Made by a program: the position numbers and the translations under genes
From: Eledone cirrhosa
Lineage: Eukaryota
NCBI GenBank assembly: GCA_964016885.1
Contig: OZ024745.1
Coordinates: 128,526,001 to 128,590,000 of the forward strand
DNA length: 64,000 nt
Direction of reading: 5' to 3'
Shown: in pieces, positions 42,028 to 56,043 of the stretch
How the letters are laid out: each line of letters opens with the position of its first letter
Position numbering within the stretch: position 1 is the stretch's first letter
Notes under the pieces: model-generated
Databases searched by the model: none
What the model saw: only the letters and a program-made list of their open reading frames with translations
Told to the model about the DNA's origin: nothing

Positions 42028-42446
42028 AGCTTTACCCCGTGATCCTATCTAATGAATTTTCGCTTGCAAGATACTGTAAATATAACATTTAAGTTTGATT
42101 AAATCATTCTTTGATGTTAAAAAGAAATAGTGGACAAAATGAGAGAATATAACAATTTAAAAATGATATTGATAAATTGATAGAAGTAATATTTAAAAAG
42201 AGATTATATAAATAAAAGCAATATTGATTTCTTACACAAACACTGTATGTAAAGTAATATTTAAACAAAATATTAGTTATTATTAATAAAATATTAATAA
42301 TATTTGGTTTTTAGTCATGGAAAAATTTCAGGATTGATTTAATGTATTAGATTTTAGTTCTTTTATTCCTCCCCCACCCCTCACCCCACTTTTTTTCATT
42401 ATTATCGTTGTTAGCATCATTATCATCATCATCATCATTATCGTAC

Positions 42447-42935
42447 CAGCAGACATATGTGTTATACCGAATATAATGCAACAGATGTGAGGAGTTCTAC
42501 ATTGGTAGCACGACTCCAGCACTCCACACTCGCATTAAAGGACACATCAACACACGCGCATGCTCATTCAAAAAACACATCGACACATAGAAACATCAAC
42601 CGACATATTACCGTAACCATTAAAGCCAGTGATAGAAATGAGGGCAACTTAAGAATTAAGGAAGCTTTGCTCATTCGTCGAGTCAACCCGTAAATAAATA
42701 ATTGTTTCTACTTTTGGCACAAGGCCAGCTATTACCTCAGTGTATTACTGGTACTTTATTTTATCGACCCCGTAAGGATGAAAGTCAAAATTAACCTCGG
42801 CGGGATTTGAACTCAGAATGGCAAGGGCCGTAACTCTATGCGTCAAGGCATGGCGTCCGACCCTCTACCGATACTGCCATTCCACTGCCCCTCCAATCCA
42901 CCCGTAAAGAAATAATAGATTAGAACTCAGCACAG
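42447..42935 (+). pseudogene. Penelope-like element GIY-YIG endonuclease remnant
   Basis: VLYRI*CNRCEEFYIGSTTPALHTRIKGH ... (frameshift) NLRIKEALLIRRVNP*INNRLEL; interrupted by a SINE. Confidence 0.85.
42703..42899 (-). mobile_element. SINE family A with 17-bp TSD
   Basis: ACCCGTAAA(T/G)AAATAAT at 42686-42702 and 42900-42916. Confidence 0.9.
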
Positions 42936-43469
42936 TACTTGACATGAAAAGACACACCGACAGGCACACACAAAAAACATCTCATACAAGAAGAAGAAGA
43001 AGAAGAAGAAGAAGACTACATTTTACATTCTCTGAAAGATGAATGAGGCGGACGGGATATTTGAATTCGAATTCTTGTTGTATAATATTGGTCCTTATTT
43101 TATAACCCACGCACCGTTCAGCCGGGAGATGAAAGTTAAAGTCAACCTTGGTGGTATGTGTACATATTTGGCAGCTACTACCAGACACTTAAAAGCAAGA
43201 AGGGACTTCGGTGGTAACACGGCTACATGTTTCTAGATTACAACATATCAGAGCATCCCATCAAGGGCTTTACTGAAAAGAAAGAAATATTTCTACTGCC
43301 ATTAGGGAATGACTTTGGAATTTATTATTCTTTTATGTCTTTAAATTCATCTCCCTGTAAAATAAGAAATGGGAATGAGGGATCTTAGTAAATTACAAAA
43401 ATAGATGGAGATTCATTTTATCATCTACCTCTTTATATATTTATTTATTTATCTATCTATTCAGCTATT

Positions 43470-43523
<54 letters not shown>

Positions 43524-43568
43524 TATATATATATATATATATACTGTATATATATATATATATATATA

Positions 43569-43647
<79 letters not shown>

Positions 43648-43784
43648 CACACACAAACTCACATATATATAAGTATACATATATATGCATGTATATATAT
43701 GTATGTATATATATATATATGTATATATATATGTGTATATATATGTATGTATATATATATATAAATAAGTATACATATATATGC

Positions 43785-43879
<95 letters not shown>

Positions 43880-44479
43880 TATATATATATATACACACAC
43901 ACTCACACATATATATATAATGTCAGTGTAGAAAAATGGACGTAAAATGTTGACGTTGATGCATATATATTTATGTATTTATATACATATATATTTATAT
44001 ACATATGTATATACATATGTACCCCCCCCCCCCACACACACACACACACCGTCAGACATACACACACACACATATATAGATGAATATTCAACAGACGCAA
44101 CAAGGCTATCATCGACACATGAAAAGATTAAGGGGTTATTAGTATTTTACTGAGGTCTCAGTATATTAATAGTTGTACTTATTTTGTGAGCCAGTAGTGG
44201 CTGTTGTGGTGGTTGTGGATGAAAGAAGGTAGAATCCAGCGAGACCAGAATTCAGAACGAAGAAGGCGAAGACTACTGTTAAACAAATTAGATATATTTT
44301 TTGCATTGGCATGAAGCCATATATTTTTAGGGGAAGGGTAAATTATGTGGTTGAATCGACCCCCAGCTCATACATACCTGGTTATAATTTTATCGAGCTA
44401 GGGGACTATGAAAGGGCCAAGTAGATAGCATCGGGATTTGAACTAAAATAAAAGAAATACATTGGAATATGTATAATGG

Positions 44480-44795
44480 ACCAGTAACTCCTGCTGGAGT
44501 CGTAGGGGCGCCGTAGTGACATTCTTGGGCATTTAAACCCTGGAAGATCCCATCACCTCTCTACGTTTGAACACAGCCGATTTTTGCCAGAGAAAGAAAG
44601 AGTGATAGGGCTTAAATAAGAAGATATTGAGGAAGAATCGCCCCCAGTACAAGACTGGTAGTTATTTTTATTGACCTCGAAAGGATGAAAGGCAAAGTAG
44701 ACCTCAGCAGGATTTGAACTCAGAGAGCAGAGACCCGGAACGAATACTGCAAAGCATTCTATTCGACGTTTTAACGATTTTACTAATTCTCCACA
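44480..44795 (-). mobile_element. SINE family C
   Basis: Reverse complement similar to the copies at 18661 and 20260. Confidence 0.7.
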
Positions 44796-44810
44796 TCACA
44801 CTGGAACATA

Positions 44811-44911
44811 CAGGGTGTCCCCCCAAAATGTAGACACAGTTTGATTTCCTGTACAGACAATAGTTATTAGAATGCTGTTGAAGTGTGTATACATTTTTGG
44901 GGGACATCCAG
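44811..44911. mobile_element. Tc1/mariner-type MITE (101 bp)
   Basis: TA on both sides; imperfect TIR of about 28 bp, CAGGGTGTCCCCC..AAAATGTA(G/T)ACACA. Confidence 0.85.
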
Positions 44912-45066
44912 TATTTATAGTAATATAGATTTATATTTAGTTAGGTAGAACTAGTCGAGAGTTAATTGTAGTGGGCATGAAAATAACACAAAATAAGATC
45001 TTTCGGTCCTCAGACCTCAAATATTCTCTTTAAGTGTTATATCAACATTATTTTAACATAAATTGT

Positions 45067-45660
45067 AGGGCGGTGGATTGGCAGTATCGGTAGAGAGTCG
45101 GACGCCATGCTTTCCAGCATAGTTACGTCCCTTTACGATCTGAGTTCAAATCCCGCCGAGGTTGACTTTGCCTTTCATCCTTACAGGGTCGATAAAATAA
45201 AGTACCAGTAATACACTGGGTAATTGCTGGCCTTGTGCCTAAAAGTAGAAACAATTATTTTAACATAAATTGGGGGATTGGCCTATCGGTAGAGGGTCAG
45301 ACACCATGCTTTGACGCATAGAGTTACGGCCCTTGCCATTCTGAGTTCAAATCCCGCCGAGGTTGACTTTGCCTTTCATCCTTACAGGGTCGATAAAATA
45401 AAGTACCAGTAATACACTGGGTAATTGCTGGCCTTGTGCCTAAAAGTAGAAACAATTATTTTAACATAAATTGGGGGATTGGCCTATCGGTAGAGGGTCA
45501 GACACCATGCTTTGACGCATAGAGTTACGGCCCTTGCCATTCTGAGTTCAAATCCCGCCGAGTTTAACTTTGCCTTTCATCCTTACGGGGTCGATAAAAT
45601 AAAGTACCAGTAATACACTGGAATAATTGCTGGCCTTGTGTTAAAAGTAGAAACAATTAT
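45067..45660 (+). mobile_element. Three tandem SINE family A copies
   Basis: 201-bp period; ATTATTTTAACATAAATT occurs before, between and after the copies. Confidence 0.95.
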
Positions 45661-46705
45661 TTTAACATAAATTTTCCATATAGGATAAATTAATTCATGT
45701 GTTCTATAAATCCTCACATTACTGATGCTCTTGTTGTTGCTCTAGTTGTTTAGCCCCTGGTTATTCATGATCGAGAAGACCTATGAACAGTCCAGTCAAC
45801 CTAGCTGTCATACTCTCAGATATTATATATCTGAGACTACATTGTCTAATATGTTCAAATACCACTGAGATCGATGTTGTCTTGATTCCCTTCAAGATCA
45901 ATGAAAAAAAAAAAAACACCAGTTGTTGATGTCATTGTTGTTTAGCACCAGCATTGCCCTGATCGGGAAGACCCACGATAAATGTTATTCCAGCCGTGAC
46001 AATCCCATCTATCAAATTATACAATGAGTCTTTATCTCTAGGATGGTTGAGTGTAATTTGAAGAAGTTTAAGCTCTTATTTCTAGCAGTATGAGCGACCA
46101 TGTAGAGGCTCTTTCTAGTTGGATATAATTGACTATTTCCTATCAACACCTTCTAGACTATATTTTGAAATTAATATTATTACAAGCAGGATCGTTATTA
46201 AGTGGTTGCTTTTGCTGGTATGAGGTTCGGCGTAGGGCAAATGAAAAGAGTTGGTTGGATGTTAGATATATATACATATTAACACGTAAATATTGTTTGT
46301 CCATGAAGAATTACCAGTACCACATTGAAAGACAATTTAATTAATTATGTGCAACACATTAACTTCATCAACCATGTGCTAGTGATATTTATAATCACCA
46401 TTGAACCATTAATACCTGATGAAATTCTACAGGAGCCAAGTAACAAGTGGCGATTCTTAGGTATTTACACCTGATGGGACTCATCTTTTGCTAGGTTTGA
46501 GTACAGTCAATTAAATGCAAGAATGAAAGAAAACCACAGAAGTTTCGACTCCTGTACGGGATTGTTTCTTTAGTTATTGGCTCGGAAAAGATGAAAGGCA
46601 AAAGTAACCCAGTGGGATTTGAAATCACTGTACTGGCAGCTGGAACGGATACCACAAAGCATGTCCTTCGACACACTAACGACTTTGTCAATTCACGGTC
46701 ATTAA

Positions 46706-47208
46706 CCTTTTAACATCTAAACCGGCCATATCTGGCCAGAATTCTCTTACCTCTTTCTGTTCAAACCGGCTGTAACTGGCCACTCGTACTGATGTTAAGG
46801 TATTGTTCTCAAAATAACTAGTATAAAAATCTCATAGATTCGATATTATGTGAGATAATTATGTGAGGTAAAGCCTTTACCGCGAAAATATAATAGAGGC
46901 GTGCAATAGGCGACCCGCGGACCACAATCCAGCCCGCCAGACCAGTCAGAGTGGCCCACGATAACCGTTTTTAATTTTTAACCATAATACAATTTTCTCT
47001 TAGTTGACCTATACTAAAGGGCCTCACTGATAGGGTTATGTGTGTTATAATTTCCCAGTTCCATGTTATGGAAAGAAGTTATGGTGAATCTTTGGAATAG
47101 TGCTTAATAAATATTAAAGGCCCTAATAGTTGTTCCAATGTTCAAAAGTGACCCACCAATGGAATATGTTGCACACCACTGATATAGAGTAATGTAAATG
47201 CTAAAGGG
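46706..47208. mobile_element. piggyBac-like MITE containing a nested hAT MITE
   Basis: TTAA-CCTTTTAACATC ... AATGCTAAAGGG-TTAA; second left end at about 47720-47770. Confidence 0.6.
46894..47181 (-). mobile_element. hAT MITE of the same family as 39687, with a single internal unit
   Basis: Reverse complement homologous to 39687-40320; TSD not recognisable. Confidence 0.8.
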
Positions 47209-47332
47209 TTAATGCTAATGTTAAAAATCTATCCTATTATTCTTCTTATCATGACGTTTAGATGTGATTAAATCCCCGCCATCTATATTTTCCAGCCTTT
47301 TACAGATTGTAAATTTGAGAATTGGTTACTAC

Positions 47333-47365
<33 letters not shown>

Positions 47366-48654
47366 TAGCATGTGTTAGTGTCGAAGACAGGAGTTCATTA
47401 TTTTAAGGTGGCTGTTATAAGCCTATTTTTGTAACTAAAGTGACCCTGGCAATGAGCAGAGTCCTTGAGAACTGAAGAACAGCTGGATGTAAGAGGTTTC
47501 TTTATCAATCTGTTTTCCAACGTTGGCATCTGTTTCTCTCAGCTTCCTCAAAGGCATTGAAGAAGCAACATACATGGTTTCTCTTTGTTCATTGTCCTTT
47601 TCGTTAAAGAGGAAACATGATGCCATGTGTGGTCAACATTTCATCCTCTCACTTATTACCAAAATCGTCCTAGATTACAATATATACGAAAAAGGCTTGC
47701 TAAGCAGATCTGAGCGAATTTAGCCCTATAGCATTTAAACCGGCCATATCCGGCCAGAATTCTCTAACTCTGGTAGAAGAAGGCAATTGTGTGTGGATAG
47801 CCACTTTATCAAGCGAACCCTGTTAGAGTGGAAAATCGACAGTCCACTGTAGTGGAATGCATTTCGCTCTTTTAAAATATATATATATTTTTACTCTGCG
47901 ACCAAGATGCTGGAAGCGAAGACGGTGAGGATCTGGTCTCCAATATCGATCTCTATCTAAAAAAGATTCAGCGAAGTGTATATGAAATAAAAGAGATACA
48001 ATAACAAAAATAACAAAGAAAATCAATAAGTAATAATACAAAATCGAAGAGAATTTTTGAAAATTTTATTTTTTATGTACAAAGCAAAAAAAAAAAAATA
48101 ATAAACAAAAAAAAAACAAAAAAGACCCCTAAGTGTGAATTGAGAGAACAATATGGTATTAACTCATTTGTTTTTTTATTGAATTTGTAAAAAAAAATGG
48201 CTTTCATTTTTTTCTTCATTTTGTGTTGTCTTTTTTCTTGTTAAAAAAAAAATTTTTTGTCCATATAATTTAATGAGAGTTCATAATAATTATAATAATA
48301 ATAATAATAATTATGATGATTTTTTGATTTTTTTTTTATATGTATATTTTTTTCAATTTCGTATCCATTCACTAAAGGAACCAAAATTTGCTTGCTATTT
48401 TTTTTAAAGTTTTTTTTTTCGTTTGTTTAATTATACCTTTTTTTGTAGTCATCATTTATCGATTTGTTTTTAGTGTGTCCTTGACTTTGGCACGAGGCCA
48501 ATCTTTGTATGGGGAGGGATGAAAGAAGTGTTAGATTGAATCAATTCCCACTATAATATATTACTGGTACTTTACTTAGTTTATCATAGAAATCACGGAT
48601 GGATGATTGATGAAAGGCAAAGTTGACCCCGATAGCGGTGATATATAAATCTAC

Positions 48655-48691
<37 letters not shown>

Positions 48692-48783
48692 TATATATAT
48701 ATATACACACATATATATATATAAATTTATATATATATAAATTTATATATATATATATATAAATTTATATTTATATATAAATT

Positions 48784-48833
<50 letters not shown>

Positions 48834-48999
48834 TTATATATATATATATATAAATTTATATATAAATATATATATATATAAATTTATATATATATATATG
48901 TGTATATATATAAATTTATGTATATATATATAAATTTATATATATATATGAATTTATATATATATATGTATATATATATAAATTTATATATATATATAA

Positions 49000-49035
<36 letters not shown>

Positions 49036-49051
49036 TTATATATATATATAA

Positions 49052-49085
<34 letters not shown>

Positions 49086-49185
49086 TTATATATATATATA
49101 AATTTATATATATATATATATATATATAAATTTATATATATATATTTATATACATAAATTTATATATATATATATATATATATAA

Positions 49186-49226
<41 letters not shown>

Positions 49227-49401
49227 AATTTATATATATATATATATATATAAATTTATATATATATATTTATATACATAAATTTATATATATATATATT
49301 GATACAAATATAAAAATTTATATATATATATATTTATATATATATATAAATTTATATATTTATTTATATATATATTTATAAATTTATATATATATATATA
49401 A

Positions 49402-49438
<37 letters not shown>

Positions 49439-49664
49439 TTCAGAAGTCAGAGCCACGAAACTAAAATTCTGCCAGTTTCTTAGTCTGTTGCTCCACTATT
49501 TCTGTTAAACTCATCGCCTCAGTTTCAATCACATATTGCACACACATATATACACATATACATAATATATAAACACACCCACCCACCCACACACGCACCC
49601 AACACACAAGCGTGAACCTAATACAACTATGTACAATTGACTCCTGCGTTTGTTTGTCTATTTG

Positions 49665-49707
<43 letters not shown>

Positions 49708-49755
49708 CACCTATATATATATAGACATATATATATTTACATATATATATATATA

Positions 49756-49817
<62 letters not shown>

Positions 49818-49818
49818 A

Positions 49819-50010
<192 letters not shown>

Positions 50011-51090
50011 CAGATGCAAATTTACAAAAAATATATACATACATTCATATATATATATATTAGCACGAACACACTACCTTAACGATAGCGTATTGTATTG
50101 AATTCTCTTTTAATTCCTTTTATGTTACACACATTTCATGAAAATTGAAGTGGGTTTTTGACGTTTGGAAAAGATGGTAAATATTGTGAGTGATTTAAAA
50201 AAAAGGGGCTGTTGCGAAAGAAAGTGATCGTTGGCGAAAGAAAGAGAATCAGTGTAAGAAATAAATATACAAAAAAAAATTAAAAAGAGAATATTAGTTC
50301 CTCCTCCCATTTTCATTATGAAAATCAAGAATACAATTAAACTGAGGTGAAAATTTTAAAAATAAAATGAAAAAAATTAGCTAAAAAACAACAACATTGT
50401 CTTGGAATAGCTTTTGGAATTATACCAACAACAACAAAAAAGACATCATGTTTCTCTGTATTTTGGACATAGATATTATTATTTTCGACGGGGTTTGAAC
50501 ACAGTACATAATGGAACGTATCTAGACGGCTTACGTCATTGCCTCTATATTCTACCAACACACTGCCCGTTAATGATAATTTCTTACATTAGCAGAAGAA
50601 GGTTAGAAATTGGAAAAATGATTGGAATATTCGATGAAATCAACCCATTATTTAACTGGTACTTTATTTTGTTAACACTAGAAGGATGAAAGGTAAAAAG
50701 TTGTTCCTGGCAGGATTGGAACTCAGAATGTAAAGAGCCGGAACATATACTGTAACGCTCTGTCAGTGTTCTTATATACAAAAACCAGAAAATCTGGCGT
50801 AAAGATTAACTTAACTGATTAACCTATCGATTCATAATTAGCTGATTGAATGTTTCATTGTTTTATTTAAGATTTTGAATAGAACTATTTTTTTTTTTGT
50901 TTCACATACGTGCAATGCCATTAGATAAATTGTTTTTTAGTGTCTATAAAGGGCGTTTGCGTAGCTCCCTAAACACCAATGCCTAGAAAACAGCTGATTT
51001 AGGATGATGCGTTTGTAAACATTATAATAAGTACTTATACGTCATGCGACAACGGAGTGAACTAAGTCATTAATGCAATTTCGTTAATCA

Positions 51091-51464
51091 GAATTTGAGG
51101 TCATATTTGCCTAACTCCCTATCATTTTGAATTTGGGGTCATGTTTGCCTAACTCTGTATCATTTTGAATTTGGGATCATATTTGCCTAACTCCCTATCA
51201 TTTTGAAGTTGGGGTCATGTTTGCCTAACTCCCTATCATTTTGAATTTGGGGTCATGTTTGCCTAACTCTGTATCATTTTGAATTTGGGGTCATATTTGC
51301 CTAACTCCCTATCATTTTGAAGTTGGGGTCATGTTTGCCTAACTCTGTATCATTTTGTATTTGGGGTCATATTTGCCTAACTCCCTATCATTTTGAATTT
51401 GGGGTCATGTTTGCCTAACTCTGTATCATTTTGAATTTGGGGTCATATTTGCCTAACTCCCTAT
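51091..51464. repeat. 38-bp minisatellite, about 10 units
   Basis: GCCTAACT recurs every 38 bp from 51109 to 51451. Confidence 0.95.
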
Positions 51465-51900
51465 ACTCAATCGTTTTGAATAGCTCTTTGCCCCAAAGTA
51501 ACTATAAATCCCCTTACTAATTTGAACTCTGACATTACCAAATCCACAACAGACTTTCTTTAACGTAATCATTATCTGTTATGGTCCCAACGTCGTGTGA
51601 TTGGTATTGTCCATTGATGGTATCTTAATCCCTAGGAAAAACTTAAAGTCAGAATTAACACTGCGAGGTATCTCGTCCAACGTTTTAACAACTGCACCAA
51701 GCAACACACTACCAAAGACTTGTACTACATTTTCTCGACATCGTCAAAATGAAATATAAAGTTGACCACGACGGGATTTGAACTCGAGGAGTTGACAGCC
51801 GGAACAAATAACACAAGACATGCCACTGTAATTAGAACTTTATAAAAAAACATAAAATTTAACAACAGAAAGAATGACGCCACATGATTATTTATGATAT

Positions 51901-52122
51901 CGACAGTCGACAGACTTACGTCAAATCGGACCTGGGAAACAATGTTTCCGTTGGTCTTTCCAATTGCTAATACTATCTATCGGTCGCAACTCCAGGTAGA
52001 AGGAGTAACGGGAAATAAAGTGTCTTTTTCAAGGACATAACGCATCGCCCGGTCAATGAATCGAAATCACAACCTCACGATTGCAAATCTAATTCTCTAA
52101 CCACTCAGCCACGCGCCTTCAC
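51901..52122 (-). mobile_element. SINE family B1 with 11-bp TSD
   Basis: ATTTATGATAT at 51890-51900 and 52123-52133. Confidence 0.9.
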
Positions 52123-53004
52123 ATTTATGATATTTAGATGAAATATTTTCTCGAGTGGTTTAGTTTCTGTACACCAACCAGAGAGCTCTTCCTAACGACA
52201 AACGTAGGTCGGGAGTTGAAGTTGGGGATGAAAATGGAAGGTTTTTCTTTATGTTCATTCATTCATTCTTTTCAATCATTTTCATACTTTTCTCCAACAG
52301 TGATGTCAGAACGTCGTTGATGAAAGTGTAAGGAGAAAACAACAGCAACACAAAACACGCTTGTTGATGTATAAATTGAAATCATGCAGGATAGCCGGCT
52401 CACTGAGAGTATACCTGTTGTGTTTCTATTTCTCTGTGGCCCTTATTAGCGTTATATTTGACAGCAATAGTTTACATGTGACGGATACGAATAATGACTT
52501 CTTTTGATTAGGCAGACTATCAGGTTTTGTGGTAGACAGAGGCGGAAGGATCAATTAATTTATCTCAGCTATATTACTATTTTATTGATCCATCGTCCAG
52601 AATAGGGGTCACAATGTAAAGAAAACTAAGGTAAATGTTTAAAGGTAGTCCAGCATTATCTTGCCATCTTTTCACCTGTAAATGATTTGAAATAACGATG
52701 TCTTTGCTTCACTTAAATCCGAAGAGGAACTCAGACATTTGGCTCAGAGGAATGAAACTAAATATCTGGATATTCTAGTTCAATATATCACTTTCAGTTA
52801 ACTCTTTTATTCTTTATTAAATACTTAATATTACACACACACACATATATATACATATATATATACATATATATATACACATATATATATATATATACAT
52901 ATATATACTTATGTATACATACATACATATATATATACATATATATCCATATATGTATGCGTATTCATATGCATATCTGTATATACATATACACACACAC
53001 AAAC

Positions 53005-53085
<81 letters not shown>

Positions 53086-53324
53086 GAACGTTGTAAGTTT
53101 CGAGACTTTTCTTGGCCTCAAACCGAGTATGTATGAAATACGACTACAAAAAGTTTACTTCTTGTCTTTACACAAATGCTGCCACTGACCAAATATTACT
53201 CCGATGACATAACAACTAAATGTGTTTGCTTTTATGTTATATATGTTTTCTTGTGAAAGAATGTACAGATGAGTAGCGAGTGATTTGTTGTTGTTGTTGT
53301 CTAAACTTATGTCACACCTTCATC

Positions 53325-53599
53325 TAACAAACCTACAATCAATGGCATTCCAATCGTTGGACATATTTTACGGGCGAAACCAACAGGTAAGAGACCCAGG
53401 GGTAGACCCCGAGCAAGATGGTTGGATAATATCCATGAGCTTGGTTGGTCATGCTTGGGGATCCAGCCGGATCAGTTGGAGATGGTTGCTTCTGATAGGA
53501 GCCGCTGGAGGGAGTGTTTGAAGACTCTGCTCCCACGACCCTCTCAGGAATAAGTAGACGAAGAAGAAGAAGAAGAAGAAGAAGAAGAAGAAGAAGAAG

Positions 53600-53628
<29 letters not shown>
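53325..53628 (+). mobile_element. RTE-clade LINE 3' end with (GAA)n tail
   Basis: Homologous to 3360-3612; RPRGRPRARWLDNIHELGWS; long GAA run. Confidence 0.8.
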
Positions 53629-53630
<2 letters not shown>

Positions 53631-55255
53631 GCATGTAACCCAGAACTACATTTGCCAACCACTCATTTATAAGACGGTTTGGCTGATATTTCTAGCCGGT
53701 TGAATGATCACGTAGAGACGACTCGAATGAATGAGCCATTCAATAAGGTGTCGAACAAACTAACGGAGTTCATAATTCGTATCTTGTTGCTGGCAATGTG
53801 TTGTGTAAGTAAACCTTGTAATCAGCAGCCTCGTATGACACAAGTGTTTCGTTAGCTTCCAGTGTAGTTCCCAACATGTGGTCCCCCAGCATGTTGAGTA
53901 TAGAGGAATCTGAGATCCGGAGGAAAGTTTATTTTAATGAACGGGGTTCTCAGTAGTGGATAGAAATCACTGCTCTAACAATATTTTCCCATAATATCTT
54001 CAGCAGAAAAGGATGGACAATTGCCGTGGTTCTTTTTAGGGTTTCCATAACAGACGGAGACTTATCTTAATGCTTGCAGCAGAAGAGATTCTGTAAAAGA
54101 ACATAAAGATCATGTGGTGGTGATGGTGATGGTGGTTGTTTTAAATCGGACAACGCATGAAGTCTATCGAAGATATATACACATTTAAAGATAAAATCTT
54201 CATTCGGTAGTGTCTTCAACATCATATTGTTTTTTTCTGTTTAAAAGGATAAAAAATTGTCGCGGCGAGAACAGGTCCACGTACAAAGGGTATAGATAGA
54301 TGTGGCGCGCATGCCCTTTTCCCAAAGTTGTTAATTAAGTGAAATAGTTCCCCCGTAGGTATTTTAAAACTAAATTATGTAGATTTATAGAATATAAATA
54401 AAAGAATGTGATCACTAATTTTCACGATATTGCTGTCGTTCTGTGAAACATTGATACCAAACCTGGAAATGAAACTGGGTTATGGATAGGACTAGCAGCA
54501 TGTTTTGTTTTGTTTTGTTTTTTTCTAACTTGGTAGAAGTTCACAGAATTACGGAGAAAGAGAATGCAAGTCGATTACATTGAATGATTTTATCTTACCG
54601 GCTATGAAATGATGAAAAACAAAGCTGGCCTCATCAGAATTTTAACTCAGGACGTAAAATAACGTAACTAAAAGCTCCAAATTTCTGCAATCCCAATTTT
54701 GTCGTGAATAGTCGTCCTCGTAATATTTCAACAGCCACCAAGTCATTCTTCGTCTTTAACTTCGACTACGAACGTTGCCTAGATTCAATTCTCAAAATGA
54801 ACACATATCCATTCGAATTACACGGCCACAAGAGAACTTTCTTCTAATTTACACTCATGCCTACATACATTACTCATTTAATTACTTTGACACCTACCTC
54901 CATATTTTCTCAACTCACTTGCACTCCGTCAATCGAGTTTCTCTCGTAAATCCTTATTATCTCAGAGCTTTATAAATGATCACTGTACTCCCCTTTAACA
55001 GAATCCTTTAGTCCCATAGCACTAAACAAGACTATGTTACTTCTCCAGGTCGGCAGATTGTAAAAAGATACACGACATCATGATGAATAATCTGACAAAC
55101 ATTTACAAGAAATATGTATTATCTCCATCGCATTGATCTCAAATCCGCCATTTTAAAAACCATCTTGAGCTGTTTGCGGTTCTGAAGGCAAGGAAAACAC
55201 CAGAAACATCAGTAGCAGTGGTAAGGGATAACCATGACACTATCATGAATTTATT

Positions 55256-55331
<76 letters not shown>

Positions 55332-55449
55332 GTATATTCCAGTTACTCAGAAGAATAACAACACAACCAGGAGCTGGACATATCGATGTATTGACGGAGT
55401 AAAACACACTTCAACAACATGTGTACCTGTCTTTCCCACACCAATTCGG

Positions 55450-55504
55450 ACTGCCTGAAGAGCTCAAATCCAATGATGGCTGTCACCGAAATATATATAC
55501 CAGT
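55450..55504 (+). ncRNA. Decayed type I hammerhead
   Basis: ACTGc-CTGAAGA-(weak stem II)-GAAA-TATATA-TA-cCAGT. Confidence 0.5.
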
Positions 55505-55825
55505 ATATCTATATCTATATATATATATATATATATATACATAAATAAGTTTGTTTTGACACAGCGAACGAGTTTGAAAATATATATATGTAGGTATATA
55601 TATATATATGTGTGTGTATGTGGTGCGTGTGTGAAGCAATATCCGTATGTTGTAAAAGGAAAAAGGAAACTAGTGCTCAGTCAGGAAAAAAGTAGAAATA
55701 TTATATTATTTATGTTCATACACGGAACAAAGGCGCTGGTCAAGGTTTCAAGGCCCAAATCTGACCATACCTCTAGAATACAAGAGACATCAAATTTGTG
55801 ACCTTTCTTTATATATATATATACA

Positions 55826-55860
<35 letters not shown>

Positions 55861-55965
55861 GTCTATATATATATATATACACACACACATACATATATAT
55901 ACACGCACACACATACATACATGTATATATATATATATATATATCAAAGGTATATATTGATATAT

Positions 55966-56002
<37 letters not shown>

Positions 56003-56012
56003 TACATGTATG

Positions 56013-56043
<31 letters not shown>

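Noticed and set aside
46411-46465. CTGATGA with AATAC/GTATT flanks as a hammerhead
   Set aside because: No GAAA and no valid stems II or III.
49440-49495. GAAA-CTAA..TTAG-TC half-hammerhead; similar halves near 14272, 16200, 30537 and 53098
   Set aside because: Only a short 3' half without core or stem I, which could arise by chance.
51091-51464. CRISPR-like periodicity
   Set aside because: Units are contiguous with no unique spacers; eukaryotic context and no cas genes.
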